Shown piece by piece: positions 9,043 through 17,994 of a stretch of DNA of 39,408 bases. The stretch comes from a bacterium (GTDB lineage: Bacteria; RBG-13-61-14; DATKZS01): NCBI GenBank assembly GCA_046484135.1, contig JAWOBU010000110.1, forward strand, positions 1 through 39,408, in the 5' to 3' direction. The position numbers and the translations under genes are program-made. The notes below the pieces were generated by a model. The model was not told the origin of the DNA and ran no database searches. It was given only the letters and a program-made list of their open reading frames with translations. Positions within the stretch are counted from its first letter, which is position 1; each line of letters begins with the position of its first letter.

Positions 9043-9707
9043 TATCCGCTTCTCCGTACCAGCAGGCGGTGTACCAGTATGTTCGCACCCAGCGCCACCG
9101 CAAGAAGCACCACCGCCAGCACCGCGGAGCGGCCGAACTCGCCCTTCGAGGTCTCCAGGGCGATGGCGGTGGTTATGGTCCGGGTAACACCCCGGATGTT
9201 GCCGCCCACCATGATGGCGCTGCCCACCTCGGAGATGACACGGCCGAAACCCGCGGCCACCGCGGCCAGGATGCCCGTCCGCGACTCGGCCAGGACCGCC
9301 AGGTCGGCCCGGTACCGCCCGGCGCCCAGGGTAAGGGCGGTGGCCCGGACCCGCGGGTCAACGCCCGCGACCGCGCCGTGGGTAAGCGCGGTAATCACCG
9401 GCAGGGAGAGGATCACCTGGCCGATGATTATGGCAACCGGAGAGAAAAGAAGCTCGAGCTCTCCCAAAGGACCGCTCCGGGAGAGGAGGTAGTAAACGAG
9501 AAGGCCAACCGCCACCGTGGGGAGGCTGAGCAGGGTGTTCATGAGCGTAACCAACTGACGCTTGCCCCGGAACTCGCGAGCGGCAATCGAGAGACCCAGC
9601 GGAATGGAAAGCACCGCGGCTATGGCGGTGGCAATAAGGGAGACCCGGAAGGACAGGCCCACTATCTCCCACGTTTCCGGGTCGAATATGAGTTCCAGCT
9701 CTTGCAA
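9042..9707 (-). CDS. tupB: Tungstate ABC transporter permease
   Basis: NTLLSLPTVAVGLLVYYLLSRSGPLG, GFGRVISEVG..MVGGNIRG.TRT.TTAIALET.KG are TupB-family motifs. TTG start with GAGGT RBS. Confidence 0.88.
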   Translation of the reverse strand: MQELELIFDPETWEIVGLSFRVSLIATAIAAVLSIPLGLSIAAREFRGKRQLVTLMNTLLSLPTVAVGLLVYYLLSRSGPLGELELLFSPVAIIIGQVILSLPVITALTHGAVAGVDPRVRATALTLGAGRYRADLAVLAESRTGILAAVAAGFGRVISEVGSAIMVGGNIRGVTRTITTAIALETSKGEFGRSAVLAVVLLAVALGANILVHRLLVRRSG

Positions 9708-9753
9708 GGAGTTTACCTCAATTTAAAAACCGGCAAATGGAATTTGCGGTGGA

Positions 9754-9788
9754 GTAGGAAACGCCCGTTCAGGCACGGTTATCCTAAC
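9754..9788 (-). ncRNA. Candidate Moco-II-like cis-regulatory RNA hairpin in the tupB leader
   Basis: Minus strand GTTAGGATAACCGTGCCTGAACGGGCGTTTCCTAC folds as UAGGA/UCCUA, AAC/GUU and GCCU/GGGC stems with a bulge and GAAC loop, ~47 nt upstream of tupB. Family match is from memory and gene context only. Confidence 0.45.
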
Positions 9789-10688
9789 AGAAAATCCGGA
9801 GGGAGCCAAATCCGGGAGGTTTTATTTAAAACAAAGGCGCGAAGCTGCAAAAGTTAAAACAAAAAAAGATTTGGCCCGGTGCGGTTTTTTTATGGAAATC
9901 ATCTCCCGGCCCGCTTCTCTGCGTGATGCAATTCTTTGCCTTTGGTCTTAATTTCGCCGGGCAAGAACAGGTAATATCAAAAATAAGTACCGATGTTATT
10001 AATAAATGTCAGGGACTTGGGCTTAGCGGAGTTTTCCACAGCACACAAGTATTGCAACTATTCAAAAACAAGGGAGAGTAAATACGGTGCTTCAGGAAAG
10101 TTACAGAAAGAGGAGGGCAATTCCTCTGTGATACAATTAAAAGAGTTTCTCCCTATAAACGAGTGGATAAGCATAAAAAGATTTGACTACAGTTGTGATA
10201 CCAGTCAGGCTGGAATAGGGAAGGTGAGCCAGAGGTAAAAAGCCGGCACAGAAAGTTTATATCAATATGTAGATAATTTAAATATAAGACACAATAACTA
10301 CAACTACCTATAAAGGGGAAATAAGTTATCGAAAGAGAAAGCTCGTTCCGGACATACAAGTTAAATGCTCTCCCGACGGGAGCTTCTTTCGGATATTGAT
10401 AATAAGTATTGACTTGTTTTGCGATAAATCGCTGAAGCGGAGATGGGGAAACCAGGGGCGTGGCAGAACGAAGCGACAGGCGCAGTTGTTGTCCTTTTTC
10501 ACGGCCGGAGCAGAAGAGTTTTCCGGCGAGCGCATTTTGCCGGTTTGTGGATGGAACAAGGGGCTTTCCCGGTTCGCTCCTGATATCAATCCTATTTTGG
10601 AACTTTGCTTTGGCGGGCGCCGGTAAAAGCGGCCCTGCCTGTGTTCCGTGTTTCATAAAGCTACCTGTTTTTTCGTTTTCTTATCAGT

Positions 10689-10717
10689 TTGGTATACGCC
10701 GGTTCCCGTTATATAAT
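10689..10717 (+). promoter_or_regulatory. Sigma70-type promoter for ilvC
   Basis: TTGGTA, 17 bp, TATAAT (10712-10717); AGGAGG at 10735-10740. Confidence 0.5.
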
Positions 10718-10751
10718 AACAGGATTATTTTTACAGGAGGGGGATTTGAAG

Positions 10752-11774
10752 ATGCCCAGGATTTATTATGACGATGACGCCGATCTCGGCCTTTTGAAGA
10801 AGAAGAAGGTGGCGGTGATAGGTTACGGCAGCCAGGGTCACGCCCAGGCCCAGAACCTGCGCGAGTCGGGCGTTTCCGTGCTGGTGGGCCAGCGTCCGGG
10901 CGGCCGGAACTACGAGCTTGCGCGCGAGCACGGCTTCGAGCCGGTGAGTGCGGCGGAGGCGGCTTCAGAGGCGGACGTGATCCAGGTGCTTTTGCCGGAC
11001 GAGACCCAGGTCGAGGTATATAACCGGGACATCCTGCCGCACTTGAGCGAGGGCAAGGCCCTGATGTTCTCCCACGGGTTCAACGTCCACTTCCGGCAGA
11101 TTGTTCCCCCCTCCGGCGTGGACGTGTTCATGGTGGCGCCCAAGGGTCCGGGCCACCTGGTGCGGAGCGAGTACGAGCGGGGCGCGGGCGTGCCCTGCCT
11201 GATCGCCGTCCACCGGGACGCCTCCGGCCGCTGCCGCGACCTTGCCCTGGCCTATGCCAAGGGCATCGGCGCCGCCCGGGCGGGCGTGATCGAGACCAGT
11301 TTTCAGGAGGAGACCGAGACCGACCTTTTCGGCGAGCAGTGCGTGCTTTGCGGGGGCGTTACCGAGCTGGTCAAGGCGGGCTTCGACACCCTGGTGGAAG
11401 CGGGCTACCAGCCGGAGATAGCCTACTTCGAGTGCATGCACGAGCTCAAGCTCATCGTGGACCTCATGGTGGTGGGGGGCATGAGCTACATGCGTTACTC
11501 GGTCTCCAACACCGCGGAGTACGGGGACTTGACCCGCGGGACCCGCGTGATAGACGAAAACACCCGCGAGGAGATGAAAAAGATCCTGGGTGAAATCCAG
11601 TCCGGCCAGTTCGCCCGAGAGTGGATTCTGGAGAACCAGGCGGGCCGGCCGGTGTTTCAGGCCCTTGAAAGAAAAGGATGGAACCATCAGATCGAGAAGG
11701 TGGGTAAGGAGCTCCGTAAGATGATGAAGTGGATTGACGCCAAGGAGGACCCGCGGGCCGAGGAAGAGGAGTGA
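10752..11774 (+). CDS. ilvC: Ketol-acid reductoisomerase (short class I)
   Basis: [71 protein letters not shown]. Confidence 0.98.
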   Translation: MPRIYYDDDADLGLLKKKKVAVIGYGSQGHAQAQNLRESGVSVLVGQRPGGRNYELAREHGFEPVSAAEAASEADVIQVLLPDETQVEVYNRDILPHLSEGKALMFSHGFNVHFRQIVPPSGVDVFMVAPKGPGHLVRSEYERGAGVPCLIAVHRDASGRCRDLALAYAKGIGAARAGVIETSFQEETETDLFGEQCVLCGGVTELVKAGFDTLVEAGYQPEIAYFECMHELKLIVDLMVVGGMSYMRYSVSNTAEYGDLTRGTRVIDENTREEMKKILGEIQSGQFAREWILENQAGRPVFQALERKGWNHQIEKVGKELRKMMKWIDAKEDPRAEEEE

Positions 11775-11914
11775 TAAGCAAAGTGTACCCGTACTTTCGC
11801 GTAACCCGAGTTAACGCTCATATCTTAAAGTAATTTTTGGAACCGCCGGCCAAACAGAGTTACCATGAATAGGGTGTACGCTCCTGGCGTGCAGGACAGG
11901 AAGGATTGTCTTTT

Positions 11915-12559
11915 ATGCAGAACCGGGACATGATGTTCGCCAAGGAAGGCCACCCGTGGGTGTTCGGGTCGGTGATCCTTTTCATGGCGACCCTGCCTTT
12001 GGGCCGCTGGTGGATCAGTGTGCCTTTGGGGCTGGCGGCGGCATTTTCCTGCTGGTTCTTCCGGAACCCGGAGCGGACAATTCCTTCGGACGACAATGTT
12101 TACGTGAGCCCGGCTGACGGCAAGGTTTTGCGGGTCTCCGAGGTGAGTGAGGACCGTTACCTTTACAGGCCCATGCGCAAGGTGGAGATATTCATGTCTC
12201 CCTTTGACGTGCACGTAAACCGGGTGCCCCGCACGGGTCAGGTGATAGACACCGCTTACACCAGGGGCAGGTTTTTTAACGCGAGCCTGGACAAGGCTTC
12301 CACGGACAACGAGCAGAACGCGATCGTGGTCCGGGACCGGGAAGGCCGGGACTACATGTTCGTACAGATTGCGGGTTTTATAGCGCGCCGGATCGTGAGC
12401 TACGTGCGGGCGGGCAAGGAGATCGAGGTGGGCCAGCGGATGGGCATGATCAAGTTCGGTTCGAGGCTGGACGTATATCTTCCGCTGGAGGCCCGTCCCG
12501 CGGTAGCGGCGGGCGATAAGGTCAAGGCGGGCGAGAGCGTGATAGGAAGGATCGAATGA
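11915..12559 (+). CDS. psd: Phosphatidylserine decarboxylase proenzyme (short type)
   Basis: FFRNPER, SPADGKV, IFMSPFDVHVNR.P, QIAG..ARRI and self-cleavage site IKFGSRLD. Confidence 0.95.
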   Translation: MQNRDMMFAKEGHPWVFGSVILFMATLPLGRWWISVPLGLAAAFSCWFFRNPERTIPSDDNVYVSPADGKVLRVSEVSEDRYLYRPMRKVEIFMSPFDVHVNRVPRTGQVIDTAYTRGRFFNASLDKASTDNEQNAIVVRDREGRDYMFVQIAGFIARRIVSYVRAGKEIEVGQRMGMIKFGSRLDVYLPLEARPAVAAGDKVKAGESVIGRIE

Positions 12560-13488
12560 GCGAGTTCGACGACAGCGGCATGGACGAGATGGACCGGGAG
12601 ATCCTTGCCGATGACGAGCTCGAGGAGCGTCGTAGCAGGGGCATCCGGTTTCTGCCCAGCGCCATCACCACCGCGGCCATGTTCGCCGGCTTTTACGCCA
12701 TTATTTCGGCGCTGTCCGGCGAGTATTTCATCGCCTGTATAGCTATCGTGGTGGCCGCGGTCGCGGACAGCCTGGACGGGCGGGTGGCCCGGCTGACAAA
12801 GATGACCTCGCCTTTCGGCCAGGAGTACGACTCCCTGTCCGACCTCATCTCCTTCGGGATGGCCCCGGCCATAGTCACTTACTTCTGGGCGTTCGAGAGC
12901 GTTTTCACCCGGCTGGGATGGGCGGTGGCGTTCATCTATCTTGCCTGCTCCGCCATCCGGCTGGCCAAGTTCAACACATTGACCGGGGAAGAGGAATCGA
13001 AAAAGTACTTCCGGGGCCTGCCGAGCCCGGGCGCGGCCCTGCTTATAGCTTCCCAGGTCCTGGTTTACTCGAGATACGCGGGCGAGGGAGGACTTCCCCT
13101 GGAGCCGCTGGTACTCCAGGGGTTGATGCTTGTCTGGCTGTTCGTGCTTTCGCTGCTGATGGTCTCCAACATCCGGTTCCGGACCTTCAAGGACCTCGAC
13201 TACAAGAAGTACGGACCGGTGGTTCCCCTGGTCTTTGTGGCGGGCGGCCTGGCCGTTTTCATGGTCAGGCCCCAGGAGACCCTGTTCGTGGGCGTCCACC
13301 TTTACCTGGTATGGGGCCTGGTGGAAGGCGGCATCATTATGAAGGCCAGGGAAAGACAGCTCTGGGAGAGACGAAGGCAGGCAAGAAAGCAACGGAGGCT
13401 GAAGCGAAAGCTGGAGAAGAAAAGGAGCAAGGCCCGGAACAAGGAATCGAAGTCCGGGCGGAGGAGTCCTTTTAGGAGCGTGAAGTAA
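12556..13488 (+). CDS. pssA: CDP-diacylglycerol--serine O-phosphatidyltransferase (type II)
   Basis: CDP-alcohol phosphotransferase motif DSLDGRVARL..TSPFGQEYDSLSDLISFGMAPA, RLAKFN, FRGLPSP, LMVSNI. 4-bp overlap with psd. Confidence 0.95.
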   Translation: MSEFDDSGMDEMDREILADDELEERRSRGIRFLPSAITTAAMFAGFYAIISALSGEYFIACIAIVVAAVADSLDGRVARLTKMTSPFGQEYDSLSDLISFGMAPAIVTYFWAFESVFTRLGWAVAFIYLACSAIRLAKFNTLTGEEESKKYFRGLPSPGAALLIASQVLVYSRYAGEGGLPLEPLVLQGLMLVWLFVLSLLMVSNIRFRTFKDLDYKKYGPVVPLVFVAGGLAVFMVRPQETLFVGVHLYLVWGLVEGGIIMKARERQLWERRRQARKQRRLKRKLEKKRSKARNKESKSGRRSPFRSVK

Positions 13489-13617
13489 CCATCGCTTCCT
13501 CTCTCTCCGTTCCGTTCTCTTTACCGGCGCCGCTTGTCAGAAAGGAAGGGGGAAGCTTTCCATCCGGAAGGCGGGAGACACTCTCGGCACTTCCGGAGTG
13601 ATGATAAGGAGAAGAAA

Positions 13618-15162
13618 ATGTCTGAGAGGGTATATATATTCGACACCACATTGCGGGACGGCGAGCAGTCTCCGGGGGCCACCATGAACCTGGAGGAGAA
13701 GCTGATCGTGGCCCGCCAGTTGGAGAAGTTGGGTGTGGACGTTATCGAGGCGGGTTTTCCCATATCCTCGGAGGGAGACTTCGAGTCGGTCCGCCGCATC
13801 GCGGAGGAGATCAGGGAATGCCAGGTCGCCGGCCTGGCCCGGACCAGCCGCGAGGACATAGACCGGGCCTGGGAGGCGATCAAGGACAACACGGACCCGC
13901 GCATCCATATCTTCATCGCCACCAGCGACATCCACTTGAAGCACAAGCTGGGCATGAGCAGGGACCAGGTGTACGAGCACATGATGGAGGCTGTAAAGTA
14001 CGCCACGAAGTACACGAAGAACGTCGAGTTCTCTTGCGAGGACGCCACCCGCACCGACCATGACTTCCTGGTAAGGATGGTGTCCGGAGCGGTCGAGGGC
14101 GGTGCGAAGATCATAAACCTGCCGGACACGGTGGGCTACTCCGTCCCCTCCGAGATGTCGGAGATCATCGCCGGGATGGTCCGGGAGGTCCCGGGCATCG
14201 AGAACGTGATACTGTCCGTGCACTGCCACGACGACCTGGGACTGGCGGTGGCCAACAGCCTCGCAGGCGTGCTGGCGGGCGCGCGCCAGGTCGAGTGCAC
14301 TATTAACGGGATAGGCGAGCGGGCGGGCAACGCCTCTCTCGAGGAGATAGTAATGGCCCTCCATACCCGGCGGGAGGCCCTGGACCTCGACACCAACGTC
14401 CAGACCGAGCAGCTCTATCCCGCCAGCAGGTTGGTAAGGTCCATTACCGGACTCATGGTGCCGGTCAACAAGGCGGTGGTGGGAAGGAACGCCTTTCAGC
14501 ACGAGTCCGGCATCCACCAGGACGGGGTCTTGAAGAACAAGCTCACCTACGAGATCATGACGCCCGAGTCGGTGGGACTGCCCGCCAACAAGCTGGTGCT
14601 GGGAAAGCACTCCGGAAGACACGCCTTCCGCGACCGGATGGCCGAGCTCGGGTTCGATCTTTCCGACGAACAGATGGAGACGGCCTTCAAAAGGTTCAAG
14701 GCCCTGGCGGACAAAAAGAAGGAGGTCTTTGACGAGGACCTGGAAACCCTGATAATGGACGAGATCATCAAGGTCCCCCGAAGAATAAGGCTCGAGAACA
14801 TAACCGTGACCTCGGGGCAGCAGGTCATGCCCACCGCCAGCGTACAGCTCGATGTAGACGGCTACCTGGTCAAAGGAGCGGAGTTCGGGGACGGGCCGGT
14901 GGACGCGGCCTTCAAAACCATCTCCAGCCTGGCCCGCACCCGGAGCAAGCTGGTGCTGTTCACCATTAACGCCATAACCACCGGCACCGACGCCCAGGGC
15001 GAGGTCCGGGTAAGGATAGAGGAGGACGGAGTCGAGGCCACCGGCTTTGGAGCGCACACCGACATCATAGTGGCGTCGGCCAAGGCCTACGTAGACGCCC
15101 TGAACAAGCTCGACTATCGCAAGAAGTTTCCGCCCGGGACCATGCGCAGGCAGGGCCCGTAA
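13618..15162 (+). CDS. leuA: 2-isopropylmalate synthase
   Basis: [47 protein letters not shown] and regulatory domain [17 protein letters not shown] before ATG 13618. Confidence 0.97.
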   Translation: MSERVYIFDTTLRDGEQSPGATMNLEEKLIVARQLEKLGVDVIEAGFPISSEGDFESVRRIAEEIRECQVAGLARTSREDIDRAWEAIKDNTDPRIHIFIATSDIHLKHKLGMSRDQVYEHMMEAVKYATKYTKNVEFSCEDATRTDHDFLVRMVSGAVEGGAKIINLPDTVGYSVPSEMSEIIAGMVREVPGIENVILSVHCHDDLGLAVANSLAGVLAGARQVECTINGIGERAGNASLEEIVMALHTRREALDLDTNVQTEQLYPASRLVRSITGLMVPVNKAVVGRNAFQHESGIHQDGVLKNKLTYEIMTPESVGLPANKLVLGKHSGRHAFRDRMAELGFDLSDEQMETAFKRFKALADKKKEVFDEDLETLIMDEIIKVPRRIRLENITVTSGQQVMPTASVQLDVDGYLVKGAEFGDGPVDAAFKTISSLARTRSKLVLFTINAITTGTDAQGEVRVRIEEDGVEATGFGAHTDIIVASAKAYVDALNKLDYRKKFPPGTMRRQGP

Positions 15163-15196
15163 AAAAACGGTCGGGCCCGAGAGGAGAAAGAGACAG

Positions 15197-16462
15197 ATGG
15201 GGATGACTATTACCGAGAAGTTGCTGGCTTTGCACGCGGACGTGGACGAGGTCAAGCCGGGGCAGTACGTAATGGCCGCGGTGGATATGGCCCTGGGGAA
15301 CGACATAACCGCTCCGCTGGCCATGGAAAGGTTCCGGGAGTCGGGCGCCGACAAGGTGTTCGACCGGCACCGGATAGCACTGGTCCCGGACCACTTTCAT
15401 CCGGCCAAGGACATGGAGGCCGCCGAGCAACTGAAGAAGATGAGGGAGTTCGCCCGCGAGCACAAGATAACCCACTTTTACGAGACCGGAAGGGCGGGCA
15501 TCGAGCACGCCCTCCTGCCAGAGCAGGGGCTGGTACTGCCCGGCGACCTGGTGGTGGGCGCGGACAGTCATACCTGCACCTACGGCGCGCTGGGGGCTTT
15601 TGCAACCGGAGTGGGGTCCACCGACCTGGCCGCGGTATGGATGACCGGCGAGTGCTGGCTCCGGGTGCCGGAAACCTTGAAGATAGTTTACAAGGGCGAG
15701 TGCAACGAGTGGGTCTCCGGCAAGGACCTCATCCTTTACACCATCGGAAAGCTCGGGGTGGAAGGAGCGCGCTACAAGGCCATCGAGTTTGCCGGACCGG
15801 CAATGGCGGGCCTCTCCCAGGCCGACCGGTTCACCATGTGCAACATGGCGGTGGAAGCGGGTGCCAAAAACGGAATAATCGAGCCGGACGACAAGACCCG
15901 CACCTGGCTGAAAGGACGCCTTCACGGCAGGAAACCCGACTACCTCCAGAGCGATAAGGACGCTTCCTGTGAGAGCGAGCTCGAGATAAAGGTGGACGAG
16001 ATCGGGCCCCAGGTGGCGCTGCCTCACTCGCCCGCCAATGCAGAGCCGGCCGTCGAGCATGACAACATCAGGATAGACCAGGTGGTGGTGGGATCGTGCA
16101 CCAACGGATGGATCGAGGACCTCCGGGCCGCGGCCAAGGTGCTCTCCGGACACAAGGTCCACCCCGAAGTCCGCATGATAGTGATACCGGCCACCCCCAT
16201 CATCTACCGGCAGGCCATAAGGGAAGGACTGGCGGACCTGTTCGTAAATGCGGGGGCAGTGGTCAGCACCCCCACCTGCGGACCCTGCCTGGGAGGACAC
16301 ATGGGCATACTGGCGCAAGGAGAAAGGGCGGCGTCCACCACCAACCGGAACTTCGTGGGAAGGATGGGCCATCCCGACAGCGAGGTCTACCTGGTAAGCC
16401 CGGCGGTGGCCGCGGCAACCGCGATCATGGGAAGGATCGCCGTGCCCGCCGAGATCGAGTAA
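15197..16462 (+). CDS. leuC: 3-isopropylmalate dehydratase large subunit (short LeuC/HacA type)
   Basis: GADSHTCTYGALGAFATGVGSTD, GSCTNG, CGPCLGGHMG, STTNRNFVGRMG. Confidence 0.93.
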   Translation: MGMTITEKLLALHADVDEVKPGQYVMAAVDMALGNDITAPLAMERFRESGADKVFDRHRIALVPDHFHPAKDMEAAEQLKKMREFAREHKITHFYETGRAGIEHALLPEQGLVLPGDLVVGADSHTCTYGALGAFATGVGSTDLAAVWMTGECWLRVPETLKIVYKGECNEWVSGKDLILYTIGKLGVEGARYKAIEFAGPAMAGLSQADRFTMCNMAVEAGAKNGIIEPDDKTRTWLKGRLHGRKPDYLQSDKDASCESELEIKVDEIGPQVALPHSPANAEPAVEHDNIRIDQVVVGSCTNGWIEDLRAAAKVLSGHKVHPEVRMIVIPATPIIYRQAIREGLADLFVNAGAVVSTPTCGPCLGGHMGILAQGERAASTTNRNFVGRMGHPDSEVYLVSPAVAAATAIMGRIAVPAEIE

Positions 16463-16510
16463 CGGGAAGACGCAGTTGAACTTAAAAGAACTTTAAGGCG
16501 GTAAATACAA

Positions 16511-17182
16511 ATGGAGTGCAGCCACGAAACAGGTCCTCCGGAGCTCCGGGAGAACACGACCGGTGCTTCACGGCTGTTAAAGAGAAAGTACATAATCGCC
16601 CTTTCGGTGTTCGCGGTGGCCGTGGTTGCCGACCAGTACACCAAGTTCCTGGTGTCCGAGCACTTGTACCAGGCCAAGAAGGAGATCATCCCCGGCTTCC
16701 TCGATTTCAAGTACGCCGAGAACCCGGGCATGGCTTTCGGCATGCTCCAGGACCTGAAGGAGTCCTTTCGGGTCCCCCTTTTTACCGGCATCACCGTGGT
16801 GGCCGTCTTTATTATCTTCCACCTTTTGAGACAGGCACCGGCCGCGTCCCGCCGAATGCCCACGGCCATGGGGCTCATACTTTCCGGGGCGGTGGGGAAC
16901 CTCCTGGACCGCTTCCAGGGAAACGGGAGCGTGGTGGATTTCATCAGGGTAAGACTGTGGCCGCCCTCCAATTTTCACTGGCCCACTTTCAATCTTGCCG
17001 ACACCTTCATTACCATAGGCATCTTTCTGCTGCTTCTCGACATGTTTTTTTCCGGGGAAGAAGAGTTCCAAGAGAGCGGGTCCGAATCTCGGGAGGAAGA
17101 GCAAGGGAGCGACATGGAGACTCAAGGAGGGCCGACGGATGAGGGCCGGCCGGCCGAGCACTTGCTTCCCGGCAGGGGCTGA
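16511..17182 (+). CDS. lspA: Lipoprotein signal peptidase II
   Basis: DQYTK, ENPGMAFG, GAVGNLLDR, VVDFI, FNLAD; acidic C-terminal tail. Start uncertain. Confidence 0.95.
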   Translation: MECSHETGPPELRENTTGASRLLKRKYIIALSVFAVAVVADQYTKFLVSEHLYQAKKEIIPGFLDFKYAENPGMAFGMLQDLKESFRVPLFTGITVVAVFIIFHLLRQAPAASRRMPTAMGLILSGAVGNLLDRFQGNGSVVDFIRVRLWPPSNFHWPTFNLADTFITIGIFLLLLDMFFSGEEEFQESGSESREEEQGSDMETQGGPTDEGRPAEHLLPGRG

Positions 17183-17196
17183 CAAGCGAGGCGTTT

Positions 17197-17994
17197 TTGA
17201 AGCCGATCCTTTTTTATATTGGTTCCGTCCCGGTCTACTCCTATGTGGTTTTCATGAACCTGGCTTTTATCGCCGCGCTGGCTTATGCGTGGTACGAAGC
17301 CGGGCGTCAAGGCATGAACCGGGTTTACGTGGCAGAGCTGGCCCTGGTGCTTTACATCTTCGGACTCCTGGGCGCCCGATTTCTTTACATCGTGGTGGCG
17401 TGGGAGGATTTCTCCGGCAGTGTTTTCAAGGTGTTTAAAATCTGGAAGGGAGGACTGGTCTTTTACGGAGGCCTCATCGGGGCCTCCCTGGCCGGCGCGG
17501 CATACATTTGGTTTCGCGGGCTCTCTTTTGGAAAATGGAGCGACCTCGTTGCTCCTGCCGGAATGGCGGCGCTGGCGCTGGGCAGGATCGGGTGCTTCTT
17601 GAACGGATGCTGTTATGGAAAGATGGCCGATAATATTCCCTGGGGCGTTACCTATCCGCCGGAACATCCGTCTTTAAAGCTGGGCATGGGACAGGTCCAG
17701 GTACATCCGACTCCGATTTATGAAAGCCTGGTCACGGCTATTATCTTCGGCTTTTTGGCCTGGCTCATGCGCCGTAAGAAAAGGGACGGCCAGGTCTTCT
17801 GGGCCATGGTCCTCGCTTATGGCGTCGCCCGCTTCATAATCGAGTTCTTCCGGGGAGACTTCCGAGGCGCCGTGCCTTACACCGGCCTCTCTACAAGCCA
17901 GTTCCTGTCGGTCCTCGCCGTAATCGCGGCAGTGGTCTTCCTGGCCCGCTCGGTGTTGCTGCAACGAAGCCGGGCTTCCGGAGGCGTGTCATGA
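17197..17994 (+). CDS. lgt: Prolipoprotein diacylglyceryl transferase
   Basis: GARFLY, IWKGGLVFYGG, GRIGCFLNGCCYG, VHPTPIYE, RFIIEFFRGD. Confidence 0.95.
   Translation: MKPILFYIGSVPVYSYVVFMNLAFIAALAYAWYEAGRQGMNRVYVAELALVLYIFGLLGARFLYIVVAWEDFSGSVFKVFKIWKGGLVFYGGLIGASLAGAAYIWFRGLSFGKWSDLVAPAGMAALALGRIGCFLNGCCYGKMADNIPWGVTYPPEHPSLKLGMGQVQVHPTPIYESLVTAIIFGFLAWLMRRKKRDGQVFWAMVLAYGVARFIIEFFRGDFRGAVPYTGLSTSQFLSVLAVIAAVVFLARSVLLQRSRASGGVS

Noticed and set aside
9993..10771. Several short ORFs in the AT-rich gap, including 10153-10656
   Set aside because: They overlap one another, have atypical composition and show no recognisable domain.
13489..13617. Possible leucine attenuator before leuA
   Set aside because: A pyrimidine tract could pair with a purine tract, but there is no Leu-rich leader peptide, T-box or U-tailed terminator.
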